DNA of 64,000 bases from Nemertoderma westbladi (GCA_032718475.1 JAUCBJ010008293.1:1-64000), one strand, 5' to 3'. Positions 14,876 to 29,679 are shown, numbered from the stretch's first letter. Notes: a model not told the origin generated them from the letters alone. Program-made: numbers and translations.

Positions 14876-15424
14876 AGTGTTTATAACTCAGTGAAACAGT
14901 TTTAAATTCGATGCGTCTGTGTATATGAAGCCATAGTGAACGAAGAGTATTCTTAGATAATAAATTTTTTTTTATTTAATATTTTTATATATTTTTGGTT
15001 CAGATAATTTAAAACTATAAGGACAATATAGTGGAGAGCGACATTTATCAATAAGAGGAAAAAGAAAATTATTGTTTCATATAATGTAGTTGCATACAAT
15101 TTTTGAAATAAATCTTTAAACTGTGTTTTTGCCTTTGTGTATTCGATTTTTCGCGCTTTCGTAGGCAACACAACAAAAATACGCTCCATCATGATTCTGG
15201 TTTTAGAATTCAATAAATACAAACATAATTATTCCCTTTCCCTTCCCTCACCTCACCTCAAAACCCCCGTGCCATCGAACATCCAATATGCCGCGGCCTT
15301 CCCTATCCAGTCACCTTTCATCAATCACCTATAAACCCATACGGCAATATCACCCGGCATCCCTGCTAATAACCACTACCCAATAAGGGAGCTTCCTCTG
15401 GTTAATGCATCCTTCCTTCTTATT

Positions 15425-17431
15425 GGAAGCAGGACAATTCGGTCCGGACAATTCAGTCCCGGACAATTCGGTCCGGACAATTCAGTCCCGGACAATTCGG
15501 TCACGGACAATTCGGTCCGGACAATTCAGTCCCGGAAAATTCGGTCACGGACAATTAATTCAGACCACCGAATTGTCCGGATACTGACTAGGAAAATTCG
15601 GTCCCAAAACATGCATATTAATGGGACCGAATTGTCCGGGACCGAATTGTCCGGGACCAAATTTAATTGGTACTATATAATGGTGAATGTTCTAGAACCT
15701 TAATATATATTATTATATGGTAGCTAGTGTTTTTTTTACTAGCTAGTATTTTTTTGAAAATAAAAAAAAATTTACTTTTGTTTGTTAACATTATTAGTTA
15801 TGGTAGCTATGGTGTTTTTATGGAGCTTGTGAATTATTTACTAGCTAGTAATGGTATGTATTTAAAATGTTTAAAACTGAATTTTTTATATCTTGCATAC
15901 GTATACTGTATGTGTTGTTGGTTGGTTAACAAGCCAAAATTATTATCCTAGATAATAGCTGGATCTCATTCAGGGACTGGTATAATATCATCAATATTGT
16001 TGGTAATAAATATAATCAGCGACAGTTTAGGCCTAATTCTGAAATATCAATGTTTTTAAAAGTGTTTTTATAATTTCAAGGAAATGCTAGCTAGTAAAAA
16101 AACACTAGCTACATTAAATGATATATAACAATGTTCTCGAACACTTACCAATAACAAAAATAATAAAAAATATTGTATTTTTAAAATTTCAAAAAATTAT
16201 AGCAAGTAAATAACACTAGCTACCATAAAAAATATCTCTAGGGTGAGTGAGGGAGAGTTGAACCCCAAAAGTTATAATCGCTCTAAAGAACAGATAAATA
16301 AATTTTTCAATGCCGTTTTAACTTTTTCACATTACATTTATGATTGCTATCATTGTGAGAGTTTGAGAATTTCAACTCTTAAACTTTTTAAATTAAACCA
16401 ATTATTCGTATTTTCGAAAAAGCGTCACGTCTCCTTCAATGGGGGGAGACTTGACACCTAGAGACTTGACCCCACTTCGCATACTTGTAAATTCGTTCAA
16501 AAATGCCTAAGAAGTGTAATAATTACATGTTCAGCATGTCTATTTTCTAGTAGAGCAAAAAATTTAAAAAAATGCGATTGTTAAATTGTTAAATTATTAT
16601 CCAAAGAAATATTATTATCTAGGTAGACGTCAGCATTGAAGTCTCCCTCACACTCGGGCGTCATGTCTCCCCACATGGGCTTTTTTTTTATATTAATTGA
16701 TATAATTTCAAAACGGCTGAACCAAAACTGGAAAACAATATATGGCAGGATAGTGCAATAATTAGTCAACACATGTTGTGAATTACAATTAAAATACAGT
16801 AAAATAAGGATGCGAATTTTCATTCGTTGTAAAGGCTAAAAATTTTCTTTTGAACCCAGAAAACGTTTATTGACAATAAAACAAAAAATAACCAAAAGGT
16901 AATAAAACATTGTTGCGCGGGAGTAGCCAAAATGTATTTTATACATTTTTGTGTGGTATTGTTTAATAATTTACAATAGTTTTTGAGTTATTAAAAAAAA
17001 ACAAGTCTCCCCTAAAGTCAAGTCTCCCTCACTCACCCTATTAATGTTCTAGAACATTCACCAATATCAAAAAAGCACAAAAAAGTTGCTATAAGGTACC
17101 GGACAATTCGGTCCGGGACAATGCGGTCCCGGACATTTCGGTCCCGGACAATTCGGTCCTAGGACAATTCGATCCCGGACAATTCGGTCCTAGGACAATT
17201 CGGTCCCGGACAATTCGGTCCCATTTATATAGTGTTTTGGGCCCGAAATGTCCGTGACCGAATTGTCCGGGACCGATTTGTCCGGACCGAATTGTCCGGA
17301 CCGAATTGTCCGGACCGAATTGTCCGGACCGAATTGTCCGGACCGAATTGTCCGGACCGAATTGTCCGGACCGAATTGTCCGGACCGAATTGTCCGGACC
17401 GAATTGTCCGGGACCGAATCGTCCTACTTCC
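15425..17431. mobile_element. Non-autonomous MULE/foldback-like DNA transposon
   Basis: TIR ggaagcaggacaattcggtcc ... ggaccgaatcgtcctacttcc, arrays of 14-15 bp ggacaattcggtcc subrepeats, and a perfect 9-bp TSD CTTCTTATT (15416-15424, 17432-17440). Confidence 0.9.
16241..17038. mobile_element. Nested MITE (TA TSD, Tc1/mariner-pogo-like)
   Basis: ta|gggtgagtgagggagagttga ... tcaagtctcccctactcaccc|ta, with internal ggggagacttgac motifs. Confidence 0.75.
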
Positions 17432-19433
17432 CTTCTTATTGCATTAACCCTCTGCCCAGTTAAAATCAGGGAATTCTTCTGTATCCAATAAAAACTCAAT
17501 AATACAGGTTGCAGTGAACGATTAGTGATTTAGTAGTCGATAGTCAATTAATCATGATTATATGTTTAACGTAAAGCCTTGTCCAGGAAAGATAACTCCT
17601 TTAGAAGGTGATAATTACGGGTCAACTCCATATTTACCCAAAGTACCGGGTTTATTTGGGCCGGTTTCTTCTGTCTGTGGTGCTGCTGTGTGTCTTTCTG
17701 CTGTCAGTGGCTCTGCTTCTCGGCAATCAGACTGCGCTATTCCTATTGCCTGTTTGAAGTGCTGGTGTCTAGGAGTGTGGGTAGGGTTCCCGCAGAGAAT
17801 AGAGTTTTGGCCAACCAGCCCTGTAGTGCTTGCGCACTCTGACCGCTGGCTACTCAGATCGTCCCAGGACCGACTGCTTAGCCGTGAGGACAAAGTGGCA
17901 GCTAACCATCTGCGTCCAATCGGTCCCAGACCCGTTTTGACAGAGACGGCGACCTGGTGTGTTGTTGCACTATTTCCAAGTTCAAATACCGTGAAGCTGC
18001 ACCAAGTGTATTACGACTTTTAAGACTAAAATCAACTATTTTAGACTGTGTTTCTATTGGACCTTTTTCAGAGTATATTATCATCACGAAACGACTAAAA
18101 TACAGTATTTTATGTACTATTTTCGGTTACAATTATTTTGGAATGTAATATTTTTCGAGGCTATGCTTTGCCTATCGAGACAAACACCCCTCACTTGGTT
18201 TCTTTTGTTTCCCTATTCCCAGAGTTTTTTTTATGGTGTTACGTAGCGCACATTATTTTTAAACTAAAGTAAGCAATAATAACATCTGGAGAAAACAGAA
18301 ATCACTATGCGTTTTAGTAGCCTACTATCTTGGAAAGAGTTGTGGATGTCCGTAAATAACAAGTCATTGAAGGACCGTGTATTATTGCGAGCTATTTTCA
18401 AGTCAGTCTTGTCACCGAGAAACCAAAACAATAAGGAAAGAAAGTGTGTTAGCTAGCACTTGGAACTATTTTTTGAGATACAAAAAGCCTTTTAGGAGCT
18501 TTATCGTGCTGAAGGCACGAGAAATCCTTTACACATTGTTTGAAATGTATTCGCCTATTAGATACGTAACACACCCACACAAATATCTACATATAATTTT
18601 GCCTCTGTCAACCTGAAATTAGATAAACAACTATTTATTTATCACACGAAAATAAATTATATCTATCCGGCCATATCTCAGCTTCTTTTCAACAAAATTC
18701 CGATGGTTTTTATGGATTAGGAAATCTTTCAAGGCCATCTATCAATGGTCCGTTACTGACGAAGAATGGCTATGTATTTGCCGATTCTAGTGTAGTACTG
18801 TATAACTAGTATAACAATAATGTTGTTTTCTCCATTACATCGTGACGATATATCTAAATCCTGCAGAATGTTATTGAGGAGAGATATATTTCACGAGTAT
18901 TTAATTAATAATCTATAATATTTTCCGGTAGCAGTAGTTTTCAAGCTGAAGGTTACTATCTTTTCGATAACAGAATGCCTAACTGGAGACATGTAAGTGG
19001 GAGTAAGGACTCCTCCAACACGGTACAATAATTGAATCAAAATATACGACATATGTAATGACAGGTTAATCAATTACTTATAATAACTTTTCAAGATTTC
19101 TAAAAGGCCAGAGATGCTAGTAATGGGGCGTGGCGAATGGCCTCTGGTGTTCGACGTCCATCCACATTTTAGTGATTTTTGAGTTTTTATGGTTGCAGGA
19201 ATGTCAGCATATCTATACAGTATGTGGCCTTTGCGTGTTGATAACACTAACATAAAAGTACCGAAAATGACTTTTGTTCTTATAACGAATTATATATAAA
19301 TATGTAAATATTCAACATAATCTAGGCCTATATTTTCATTCCAAAATATACGAACATTACGTTTTTCACTTTAATAATCAGACGAGTGTGCACAGATTGA
19401 CACCGCGTATAAAATGAGCACGATATAGGTGTA

Positions 19434-19945
<512 letters not shown>

Positions 19946-20186
19946 AGTGGTATACCACGTTAGTTGCTTTGCTATACAAGCCAATCACAAATATATCAAG
20001 GATTTTTTAAGCTCAGGCCAAGATACCACAAATCACATTGGTAAGTAACGCTTATAATATATGAGGCCTATTGCGAATGTTAAGGAATACAAGATAAACA
20101 CGGCCTTATATGAAATTCACAGCATTTATACCCGTTCATACTAGGCAGTCAAAGGTCAAACCAGACAACCGACAGCCGTCAACTAA

Positions 20187-21958
20187 GGCCCCGGTAGCGC
20201 TACATGGACATAATTTTTATATTGCCTTGTTAGAGCAACTTCTCATTGTCAGAAACGACCATAACTTTGTATGAAGGTCAATGGAAGATTTGTAATTATG
20301 AATAAAAATAAAAATTCAAATTTTTCAAAAATTTGGAAAACTATTGACAAATGTTGACAAATTTTTGGACAAAAATCCAAAAACCTTCAGCAGATTCAAT
20401 CTTAAGTATTTTTCTTTCTAATTTTACAAATCGCATCAAAAATGTTTGCTCTTTCGATATCTCGAAGCAAAATTTCGAAAATTAATTAACAATTGTCATT
20501 TTGGTGCTGTTTTTTTGTACAAAATTTGACAAATTAAAACTAATCAATATTTTATTCAATTTCGGCCATTTATTTCTATATTGGAATGAAACAATCAGAA
20601 TTCGAGATCGAGATATCTGAAGAGAGCACATCAGAGAACCCCTCCGAGCAACATTTTTGAAAATTTATTGAAAATTGAATTGTCTGAAGCTTTTTTTAGG
20701 CCAAAAAATACCATTCCGAGATAATTGCCTTTAAAATTTGAACTCTGTTAATATGTGAGAAAGTCTGTCAATAATATATCTAGCAACAAGAAAGCATAAA
20801 ACCATGCTAATAATTTTGCTATGGGGGGTTTCCTGGTCGCTGATTTCATTTCTGAGGTCAGTTTTCAATTTTAATGAAATCTAGTTTGTCTGTATTGTAA
20901 GCGGATTCAATTCCGCCTCATTACCCACCAGAAAATGGGATAGTGGCATTTTCAGCAATATGTTGGAGATACGAGATTAGCAATATTAATCTCGTATCAC
21001 AACCAACATTTGGGGGGGGGGGGCAATGCCGCAAGCCCCGAAGCCACACACAAAGGAAGGTTAGAGGTCAAACCACCTCGGAGGGGACACAGCTAGCAGA
21101 GGCTAGCAGCAGAAGGGAAACACTCCCAGAGAGTGCAAGGGTGAGAAGTAGGGTATTAGCCAATAGGGGGGAGGAAGGCACGTGATATGGCACAGAAGAG
21201 CATCCATTAGGTAACAGGCCAATATACGGTGTATCAATCATATATTATCCCAGATTCTTGTGTTGGTACACTTAGTTAGTTACTCAGTTAGTGCAGACCG
21301 GTATCAATTGTTTACCGTCATCAATCAGATACATACCGGTACCCATTATATCTGTGTTTCTGCCACAACATTATTGTGCTATTATTTACGATATCAAAGA
21401 GACAACACAGGACGACACATGTATGACACATGTATGACACATGTACACATGTACAACACATGTATGTCTGTCTGTCGGTCTTTCTGACTATACGACTTAT
21501 CTGTCTGTCAAATATAAGAAAAAGGCACAGCATTAAGCTAAAAGTTTAGCTATAGGGGTTTTCCTGGTCGCAGAATTCATTTCGAGTGTCAATTTCAACA
21601 TTTGATGACATCCACATTGTCTGTTTGACTGTCAGATTATCGGTTATATTTTGACAGACAGACTGAAAGGCATACAGACAGAACCGACAATGCCAAATTT
21701 GATTAATGACATCAGAAATGAAGTCATCGTCCACAAAAACCCATACAGGGAATTTTTTAGACAGATAGTATGTTTTTTATTGACGGACAGACATACTGAC
21801 GGACAAACCGACAGTAAAACGGACAGAAAGCAATATTTCGAGAAGTAGGACAGATCTTGCTAAACGGTTTTCAAATTTGGAATCTTGATAAAAATCTGCT
21901 CTAGATGAAATAAAAAAAAATTTTTGCAAAAAAATATTGATGTAGCGCTACCGGGGCC
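20187..21958. mobile_element. Non-autonomous Kolobok-like DNA transposon
   Basis: Perfect TIR ggccccggtagcgctacat ... atgtagcgctaccggggcc, flanked by CTAA and TTAA. GG..CC ends with a TTAA target fit Kolobok. Confidence 0.75.
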
Positions 21959-24085
21959 TTAAGGACAAAACTGAAACTGGAACCTGTTCTATTTGCTCTC
22001 GTTGATTGTTTTGGTTAGAATAGCTCGCCAATATGCCCGCTCCTTTCCCTTCAAGTTTTTTAACGGTTACCGTTGAGGTTTTCGGCTCTTGGCGTGGCGA
22101 TTAAACCAAGCTGTCTACTGAATCAATTATTTTCAAATGCGAAAAATCGAAATGATGCCGTTTTTTTAATTATAATATGCAGCGATGCCTTTTATTTCAT
22201 CAGTAACAGCAATATGTGTCTTTTAACACCATTTTTTTCCCTCATTTTTTTGCCATTCTTAACGCTTATAGGTACGCCTGTTCTTTTAAATAATATATTT
22301 TAACGATTTTTTTATTTCAGAACCAACATTTTTTAAATTAATATTTTAACACCCCCACTTTTATTTATAAATGTTTAACTTCAACGACTTTATATCGGAA
22401 CCAACAAAGTTTAGTCGATTTTTAATCATTTAACCGTTTTAACATTCTTTTTTAAAATACGCAAATTTGCTGTTACCTACATTAAGGCACGGGTCACAGG
22501 TATGAGCTTTCAACATTCAACATTAAATTAAAAAATAGAACACATTGCAGCCTGTGGTGACGTTCACACATAAACAGTAAACTTTCAACTTACATAATGC
22601 ATTTTTATGTTATATACTTTACCTTTAAAGTTAGAAGTAGTTTTCCATAGCCCGGTATAGACTTCCTACACTTGCGATGTGTGACCCGGGACTTACCGAG
22701 CAAACAATATATTTCGCCCCCTTTTTATTTTTAAAATTTTTTACAGTTGTACGCGTCTAATACCTTAACAACACATGTACAATAATTCTATCTAGGCCTA
22801 CATACAATATTACGATAAATCTAAAAGACATCCTATCATACACAATTTGGTGGCATAATAATTAGTTGTATACCGTACGTCAAATGTAATACTATTGTTT
22901 AGGTTTTAATTGTGTTTTAATGTTGTATAATAACCTATTTAATCAAATTTTACAATTTTTACCCCGGCTGGGGGTGTATCTTTAAATATATAATGTTGTA
23001 TAATATATATTTTAATTTATTTACTGAAGACGTCCGTGAGGATTAAATGGCCATATAAATAGAAACTGTTTTTGTTAACCATATGGCAATAGACCCTTTC
23101 TACAGTCATTATCCCTGAATCGACTATTTGCGCTTTTAATGGGGCCGAAACCTACTGTAGTTCATACGACCAATTCAATGTTGGTAAACCAAAACCAATT
23201 ATTAACGTAAAAAATACACCAATCGCCCAAATTATGCGCAATATTCTTTTTCACGCGCATTAAGCAAGGGAACATGAGTACAACTGTCTGTCTGTGGTTT
23301 CCTCTCGATAAAAATCCTTATCCATACATTTTTTTCATATATATACTCCATTCTACATTCTAATGCAGAATTATGTACAAACTGGGCAGTACCCTTAATT
23401 AAATGTAATTTCGTATCTCAGTTAGCTAATGCTTTTACAGATATATAATTAATCGTATTAATATTAAAATAAAATATAGTTAATTTCAACTAACCTCAAA
23501 GAACCAAACAGTAAGAAAACGTTCTTCAGTCTGAAAACAACACATTTATTGAAGAATAATGATTGATGTATACATTATAATGAATGTGATATAGTGACAA
23601 GTGAGGTAATAATTAATCGTAAACATAACATATGGTTTTGAAATTAGTAAATGAATACTGCAAATATATTTATAATAAAATACAATCATTTTTATCAGCA
23701 CATGATAATATTATGATGAAAATGAGGTTGATTACTTGATTGTAGGACAAGGTCAAACAACTTAATCTTAAGACAGATAATTTGATTGTACAATGATTTT
23801 CTTATATTATTCGAATTGGAATATAGTTTGAGTTTCATTTGTAACTCATAAACTGGGGTCATTTGTTTATACATAAGAGGAACAGCTCCAACAATACAAT
23901 GCATTAGAGACAAAGGCCTTTGAGACAATAATTGGCACATCCAACAATCTGAATAGCGTAATGTTACAGTTATTCCCTGGGCCTTGCAAGTGACAAAACA
24001 ATTATATTCTGTGAAAACAAAGATAACAGGGAAGCGAGACCAGAGAGATATATCGGTTTGTATAGTCTAACTAAGGAGTGGAAGT

Positions 24086-25451
24086 CAAGGCGTCCTTAAA
24101 TACAGGCCATGCAGCCGAGATTTAGGGTAAATTAGCGTAGGCTGAAAGTTTCAACAACTGTATTGCACCTTACAGCCACAGTAGTCAGGTAGTACCAGTT
24201 CAGAAGTACTGTAACTATAACAGTACATTGCTGTGCTGGTTGTTATTATACACAGGTGAACTAATTGATTGACACTTGACAGATTGTTTTACTTTAATTA
24301 GTTAATTAGCTTTATTAAAATCAAGTTTTCTTTCGGCCTATAGGAAGAGTACTAGAGCGTAGGAAGACCACAGACTGATTTATAATGCCTTATAGATAGG
24401 CATAAACACTGTGTCGGATTCGGCGTGGCTACCAGCTACGTGTGATCGAATTACGACAGTACGATGCCACTCTTGAGGCCGTGATTGACGTGTACCCTGA
24501 CCCTGACCCTGTTGGAAAAAAGTTTCCAAACCGTACATAAAGAACCAAAAATCGTTTTCGCGTGGTCCGAAATTGAAGAGATAGTTCGCCATCTTAACAA
24601 TTACCAGCAGACTAATAAAGGTTTCTGCAAGTTTCAATTCTTAACTGAAACTGGCGACTTATCTCTTACCCATTATGATCCCTTATTCGGGGGGCCATCC
24701 TTTGTTTTTAATTTTGGAAACTTTCAGTTTGAAATGTATAAATTTGTTGTCGGATGCTTTGATGAGGTTGACGGTGCCCTTAACTTATCTGATAATGCGA
24801 GTTTTTAAAACTGAGACAATTCTCTGCAGGGGATTCACACGATTAATTCTCAGGATTGTTACTTAATTATTTAATTAATGAAGAAATAGTTTCAAGGCCA
24901 TTGTTGTGTTTTTCACTTTGTGGTGGGGAAGATTGAATAAGCATAGGCAATCGTAATATTTAATATAATAATAATAATATAAATAGTATATAGTAATAAC
25001 ATAAAGTTCCTGATAGATAACATAAAGTACCTACCGGACCGGTAATAATAATATAAAGTAATCAATCAATCATATAACATAACTCCAAACTCCACCATTA
25101 CACTTACACTACCATGTCGCCAGATCCACCATTTGTCATCCCATGTCATGTCACTATATAAACAAATGCCACGCCTTGTAGTATTGATGGTTATAATTAT
25201 AGTAATTAAATATATTTTTATTAAGTATTTATTTAATTTAGAACCATTTGAAATGTCTAAATATTAGTACAAACATAATAAATTACAAAATATAGTTTAC
25301 TAAAGTATATTTCAACTAATAAGATACAAACATTGGCTGACTACCCATAATAAGCTTTGAATTACCTATATAGCCTATTGTAAAAGTTTCAGCCTACGCT
25401 AATTTCGTACAAATCTCGGTTACATGATGGCCTGTATTAAAGGACGCCTTG
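24086..25451. mobile_element. Non-autonomous hAT- or P-like DNA transposon
   Basis: About 70-bp imperfect TIR caaggcgtcctt...aaggacgccttg and a perfect 8-bp TSD GTGGAAGT (24078-24085, 25452-25459). Confidence 0.85.
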
Positions 25452-26399
25452 GTGGAAGTCGACAGAATTTAGAGATTACTAAAAGATTTGTTTTTGTTTC
25501 TTCATGCTTGTTCTTCGTTCATGGTTTTTATCACCATAATAAACTCACTACATTTTTATCAGGCTGTTCAACTAATACTCCAGATTGGCCTGCCTACTCT
25601 CTAAAAAAACCTATTGAAATCTATAAAACTTTTATCAACAACAATAAAATAACAATCTCAAATTGAAGAGATCCCCCAATACGCACCAATTATTAGAGTG
25701 GAATTACCACTGAAATATTACCCTATGGGTATCTGTGTGGGATTACTTTAAAATCCACCCGGTCCAATTGGTTGAATCGCAGGCGATAGGCGCCTGCCAT
25801 TGGTCAGTCTATTTTAGGAAAACCTCCCATATTTGGGAAGCATTGTATCTAGGAAACCGTTGGCATAGAATACTAAAAGCAATCGACTATCTAAAAAACT
25901 TGATAACAGAGACATCTGCTACAACCCCATATAATATCGCGGTACTAATAAGGTTAGGCGTAATTGAAGCGCAGTTTCGATGTGGGATGTGCGGGGGGGG
26001 GGGGGGGGTGTCAACGTACGGCGGGTGTTTATGTCATATACATTAACAAGTACACCATTACTTACAGTACAATATGTTGTACTTACAGTAGCCCTAATTA
26101 ACCGCATGTGTAAACTTTTAGGTTACATAGTTAGGTCTACTGCCTCGCGTGCATTATTAACATTTAAATTCATATAGTTTGCTTTTAACTTTAACTTCAT
26201 TTTATGACTGAACCCAGCGGTGCAATTTGTAAACAATTTGTAAAATCTGTAATAATGTGCAATTTTGTTTAAATTTAGAAGCCTCCGATAAGCAGGTTGG
26301 CCGGGTGTTTAATGCCACTTAATTAATATACATAACAATAAAAGCACTAAGCTAATTTCAGGTACCAGAGAGAGGTAGGGTATAATACAATTTTGGTTG

Positions 26400-27140
26400 T
26401 GATAATGTAGATGTCACCAACCAGTATCGAACTCGTTTGCGTATTGTACGTTTATAGCTGGTGTGAGGCGGTTGATAAGTTTAAGTACTGTGAGTTTTCT
26501 GTCGGGTCAATCCTTACAACAGCGTAATATTTTAGGTTTAGCGGTGAAAGGGTGTGGTGTGCTTGTTAGTGTGGGGTGTTTATCGAAATAGTGTGCTCCG
26601 ACTGAGGTTTTACCTGAAACTTGATTATTTTTGCGTATGGCATTGTGATGTGACATTATGCGTCCCCTCGTGTGAGAGAACGTTTATCCTATGTAGTCGT
26701 CGGTACAGTTGGTACATTCTATATGATACACTGTATTCTTATCAGTAGTGCAGTGAGTAGCCCCGTGGGAGTAAGCGTAACATTTGGTATTAGCCGGTGC
26801 TGGGCACCGCGGTGGATTTAGTTTCGATTTAATAAGGATGTTTCTCAGTTTTGGGCCTGTAGTTGACACCACCCCTGTGTTGTGCGCGAACGGTGAATTG
26901 TTGATAACTTATTTAACTTGTCTTAATATATTCTCGTTTATATATACGATACAAGTGGTTGGATATGGTTTATCGTGCTATGGGGAGTTACGGGGTTTAT
27001 GGTGCTACGGGGTGCTTGTGGGCGTGGGTGCTTTATTTATGTGATTCGTGTACCGCCGCGGCTCGGCTGGGGTTGTACTAAGGTGTATGGCGCCTTTAAG
27101 TGCTGTCCTAGCTGTAGGCCCTATTAATAATTGTTGTTTT
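26400..27140 (-). mobile_element. Penelope-like element remnant (linker + GIY-YIG endonuclease)
   Basis: GPKLRNILIKSKL...HCTTDKNTVYHIECTNCTDDYIG*T...RIMSH matches the PLE GIY-YIG pattern VYxIxCxxCxxxYIG; contains stops. Confidence 0.8.
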
Positions 27141-27149
27141 ACGGGGTAC

Positions 27150-28343
27150 TCCCAGATATTCCCATTGCCGATATCTCCTTTGCAGAAGTGAAGGCTGCTG
27201 CCAAGAGCATTAAGACCGATCGTGCCAGTGGATTATATGGTGTTTATTCCCCTTGAGGTCTTTAAAATACCTGAGTGTTTAAAGCTCATCTATCCCATCG
27301 TAGTAGACATGTACATAACAACAAGAGTCCCACAAGAAATGAAAACAAATAAGTTGATGCCAGTTCCCAAGAAGGGCAACCTAACACTCTATGGTTCTCT
27401 TCGGGGAATCTCATTAATCTCGATTGCTGCAAAGCTATACAATAGAATTCTATTAAATCGCATCAGAGATCCCATTGAGAGACTGGTCCGTGGAAATCAG
27501 AATGGGTTCCGTAAAGATCGTGGGACCATGTCGCCCACTTTGGCACTTAGAAGGATAATTGAAAGGTTATGAAAAAGAAAGACAGGCATCTGGCTGTTAT
27601 CTTTGTAAACATCTTCAAGGCCTTTGATTCAGTCTCTCGCTCACGTATGTTCAGCATACTTTCATTATATGGGATTCCTGATGAAATTATTGCAGCAATC
27701 AGATCAGTATAAGATGGTTCGACAACATTTGTGTCTACTGTTGATGGTGATACAGAACCATTTGAAGTATTATGGGGAGACCTCCAAGGAGACACACTTT
27801 CGCTATTCTTGTCCATAATTGTTGTTGGCAATGTTCTACGCATGTCCTTAGATCTTCATAATGATGATGGGGTGATGGTAACTCCACCTAATGGCTCCAG
27901 AAGTCGAGGAAATCCTGCCAAGTACCTAACTGATCTAGAGTTTGCTGATGACTTGGAGTACTCTCAGAATCATTAGAGGGAGCCCAACGGCTTCTCGGCT
28001 CATTGGAGCATGCTGCTTCTACTGTATGTTGGTCTTTTTATTAACTCCAAAAAGACCAAAATTTTGACAGTTAACTTTGTAAGTCCTTAGGAAATATCTG
28101 ATCGTATGTTCATGAGCTCAAAGGATGGTATGCCTGAGCATGTGGACGACTTCTATTACCTGGGTTCATGGATCCGGAAGTCAGGTGAGGACCTTCGAAT
28201 ACGTAAGGGAAAGGCATTAGGCTTTCCAGGATTTGGAAGTCACAGAGAATTAATCGGAAACTTAAGGTCCGATTATTTAGAGCAGCAGTAGTTCCAGTAC
28301 TCCTCTATGGGAGTCCATGCCGGGATCTAACTGCTAGTAGTAG
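27150..28343 (+). mobile_element. Decayed RTE-clade LINE (RT region)
   Basis: PVPKKG...RGISLISIAAKLYNRILLNRI, QNGFR, LQGDTL, LEFADDL. Close to the 30342-31476 copy but with stops and frameshifts; ends in tagtagtag. Confidence 0.92.
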
Positions 28344-28590
28344 ACGTAATACATGTCGTAGAATTCATTCAAATATTACCAGAACAATAATGTTAAAAGG
28401 TACCGTAATAATAATATTACCAATTTAACTAGAGTACAAAGACAAGATAGATAGATATATGCCATTGGCTAGTTTTTGTATACTAAAATAATTTATTTAT
28501 TTATTACATAAAAATATAAATGCCCGTAATTCTCTAAAACAATAAATATAATAATAATTTAATGTAAACAATTGCGGCACATAATAACAG

Positions 28591-29464
28591 CTAAGCACCA
28601 ATAAATAATACTTTCCAATCTCCCTTGTTTAGCGGCTGTGTCACCGGCAGACCCTCCCGTCGCCGTTCCCACACTCCCAACGTGAGGTCCAACGCCTCAC
28701 CCACCACTCGGGGGACCAGGTCTGCCAGCAGTTGGTAGTCTGTTGTGATAGAAGGGTTCGCATTGACTTCTATTAACCAGACACGGAGGTCCCTGTCGAC
28801 CATAAAATCGAATCCCAATAACTCGAAGTACCCTAGCTTGCGTTCCAATTTACCCGCCACAGAGTTAAACACGTGCAACATTATTACCCGTATCCTAGGA
28901 ATTAATTTATTTTTTACCCAATCGGTCCCTATTGTTTTACCTATTGTTGCATTCAAATACTCATTAAAATCTTCAAAAGACATTAGAGTTTCATCCTTTT
29001 TGCTGCAGAAATCTGGGTGTTTCATTTGCTGCAGTTGGTTATTTAAATGCACTATGTGATCTGACGTGTCATCCATTGTAAACTTCTTTAAAGCCAAACG
29101 AATATATCCCTCCCTCGAAAAGACGCAATACGGTTTCGCGCAAGCGATCAGCATGTATACCCTTATATCGGTTTTGCGACCGTGCACTAACAACGGATTC
29201 TCAATGTATCGTTGTATCACTCTGTTCAACAACCAACCTCTCCTCTCTGTTTCGTGTAGTTCTAGTCTTTCCTTGAACTCTAGAAGACTACTGACTAAAT
29301 ATATTCCTCTTCCCTGATTCATGCCCCCTGGTTTGGAGATCCATACTTCTCCCGTCTTGTAGTTTTTTATAAAGGCGGCTATTTCTCTTTGAGAACCCAA
29401 ATTGTGGGTTGTTTTAACAAATTCTGAAGAATGCATAATTTTTCTTCTTATTAACACATTTAAT
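28591..29464 (-). CDS. TTLL10: TTLL10-like tubulin polyglycylase, coding exon 2
   Basis: WISKPGGMNQGRGI, VIQRYIENPLL, RKLGYFELLGFDFMVD, WLIEVNANP are TTL-domain motifs. Acceptor ttttacag at 29465 is in phase 2, matching the exon 1 donor. Confidence 0.88.
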
Positions 29465-29679
29465 CTGTAAAATAATATCCATTTAATTAAAGATAAATTT
29501 TTCTAAGATTTACACATTGCTGAAAATAAAATAATAATATGTTGTTTTAAATCAATTAATTCTCAAAACACTAAACTTAAAAACAGTGTTTTATTCCACA
29601 AAATATGTCATTAAAAACAGACTTACAACTTTAAGTTTTAGGAATACTGTAGGCCTACTGTATAGATGGGTTTTTCTAA

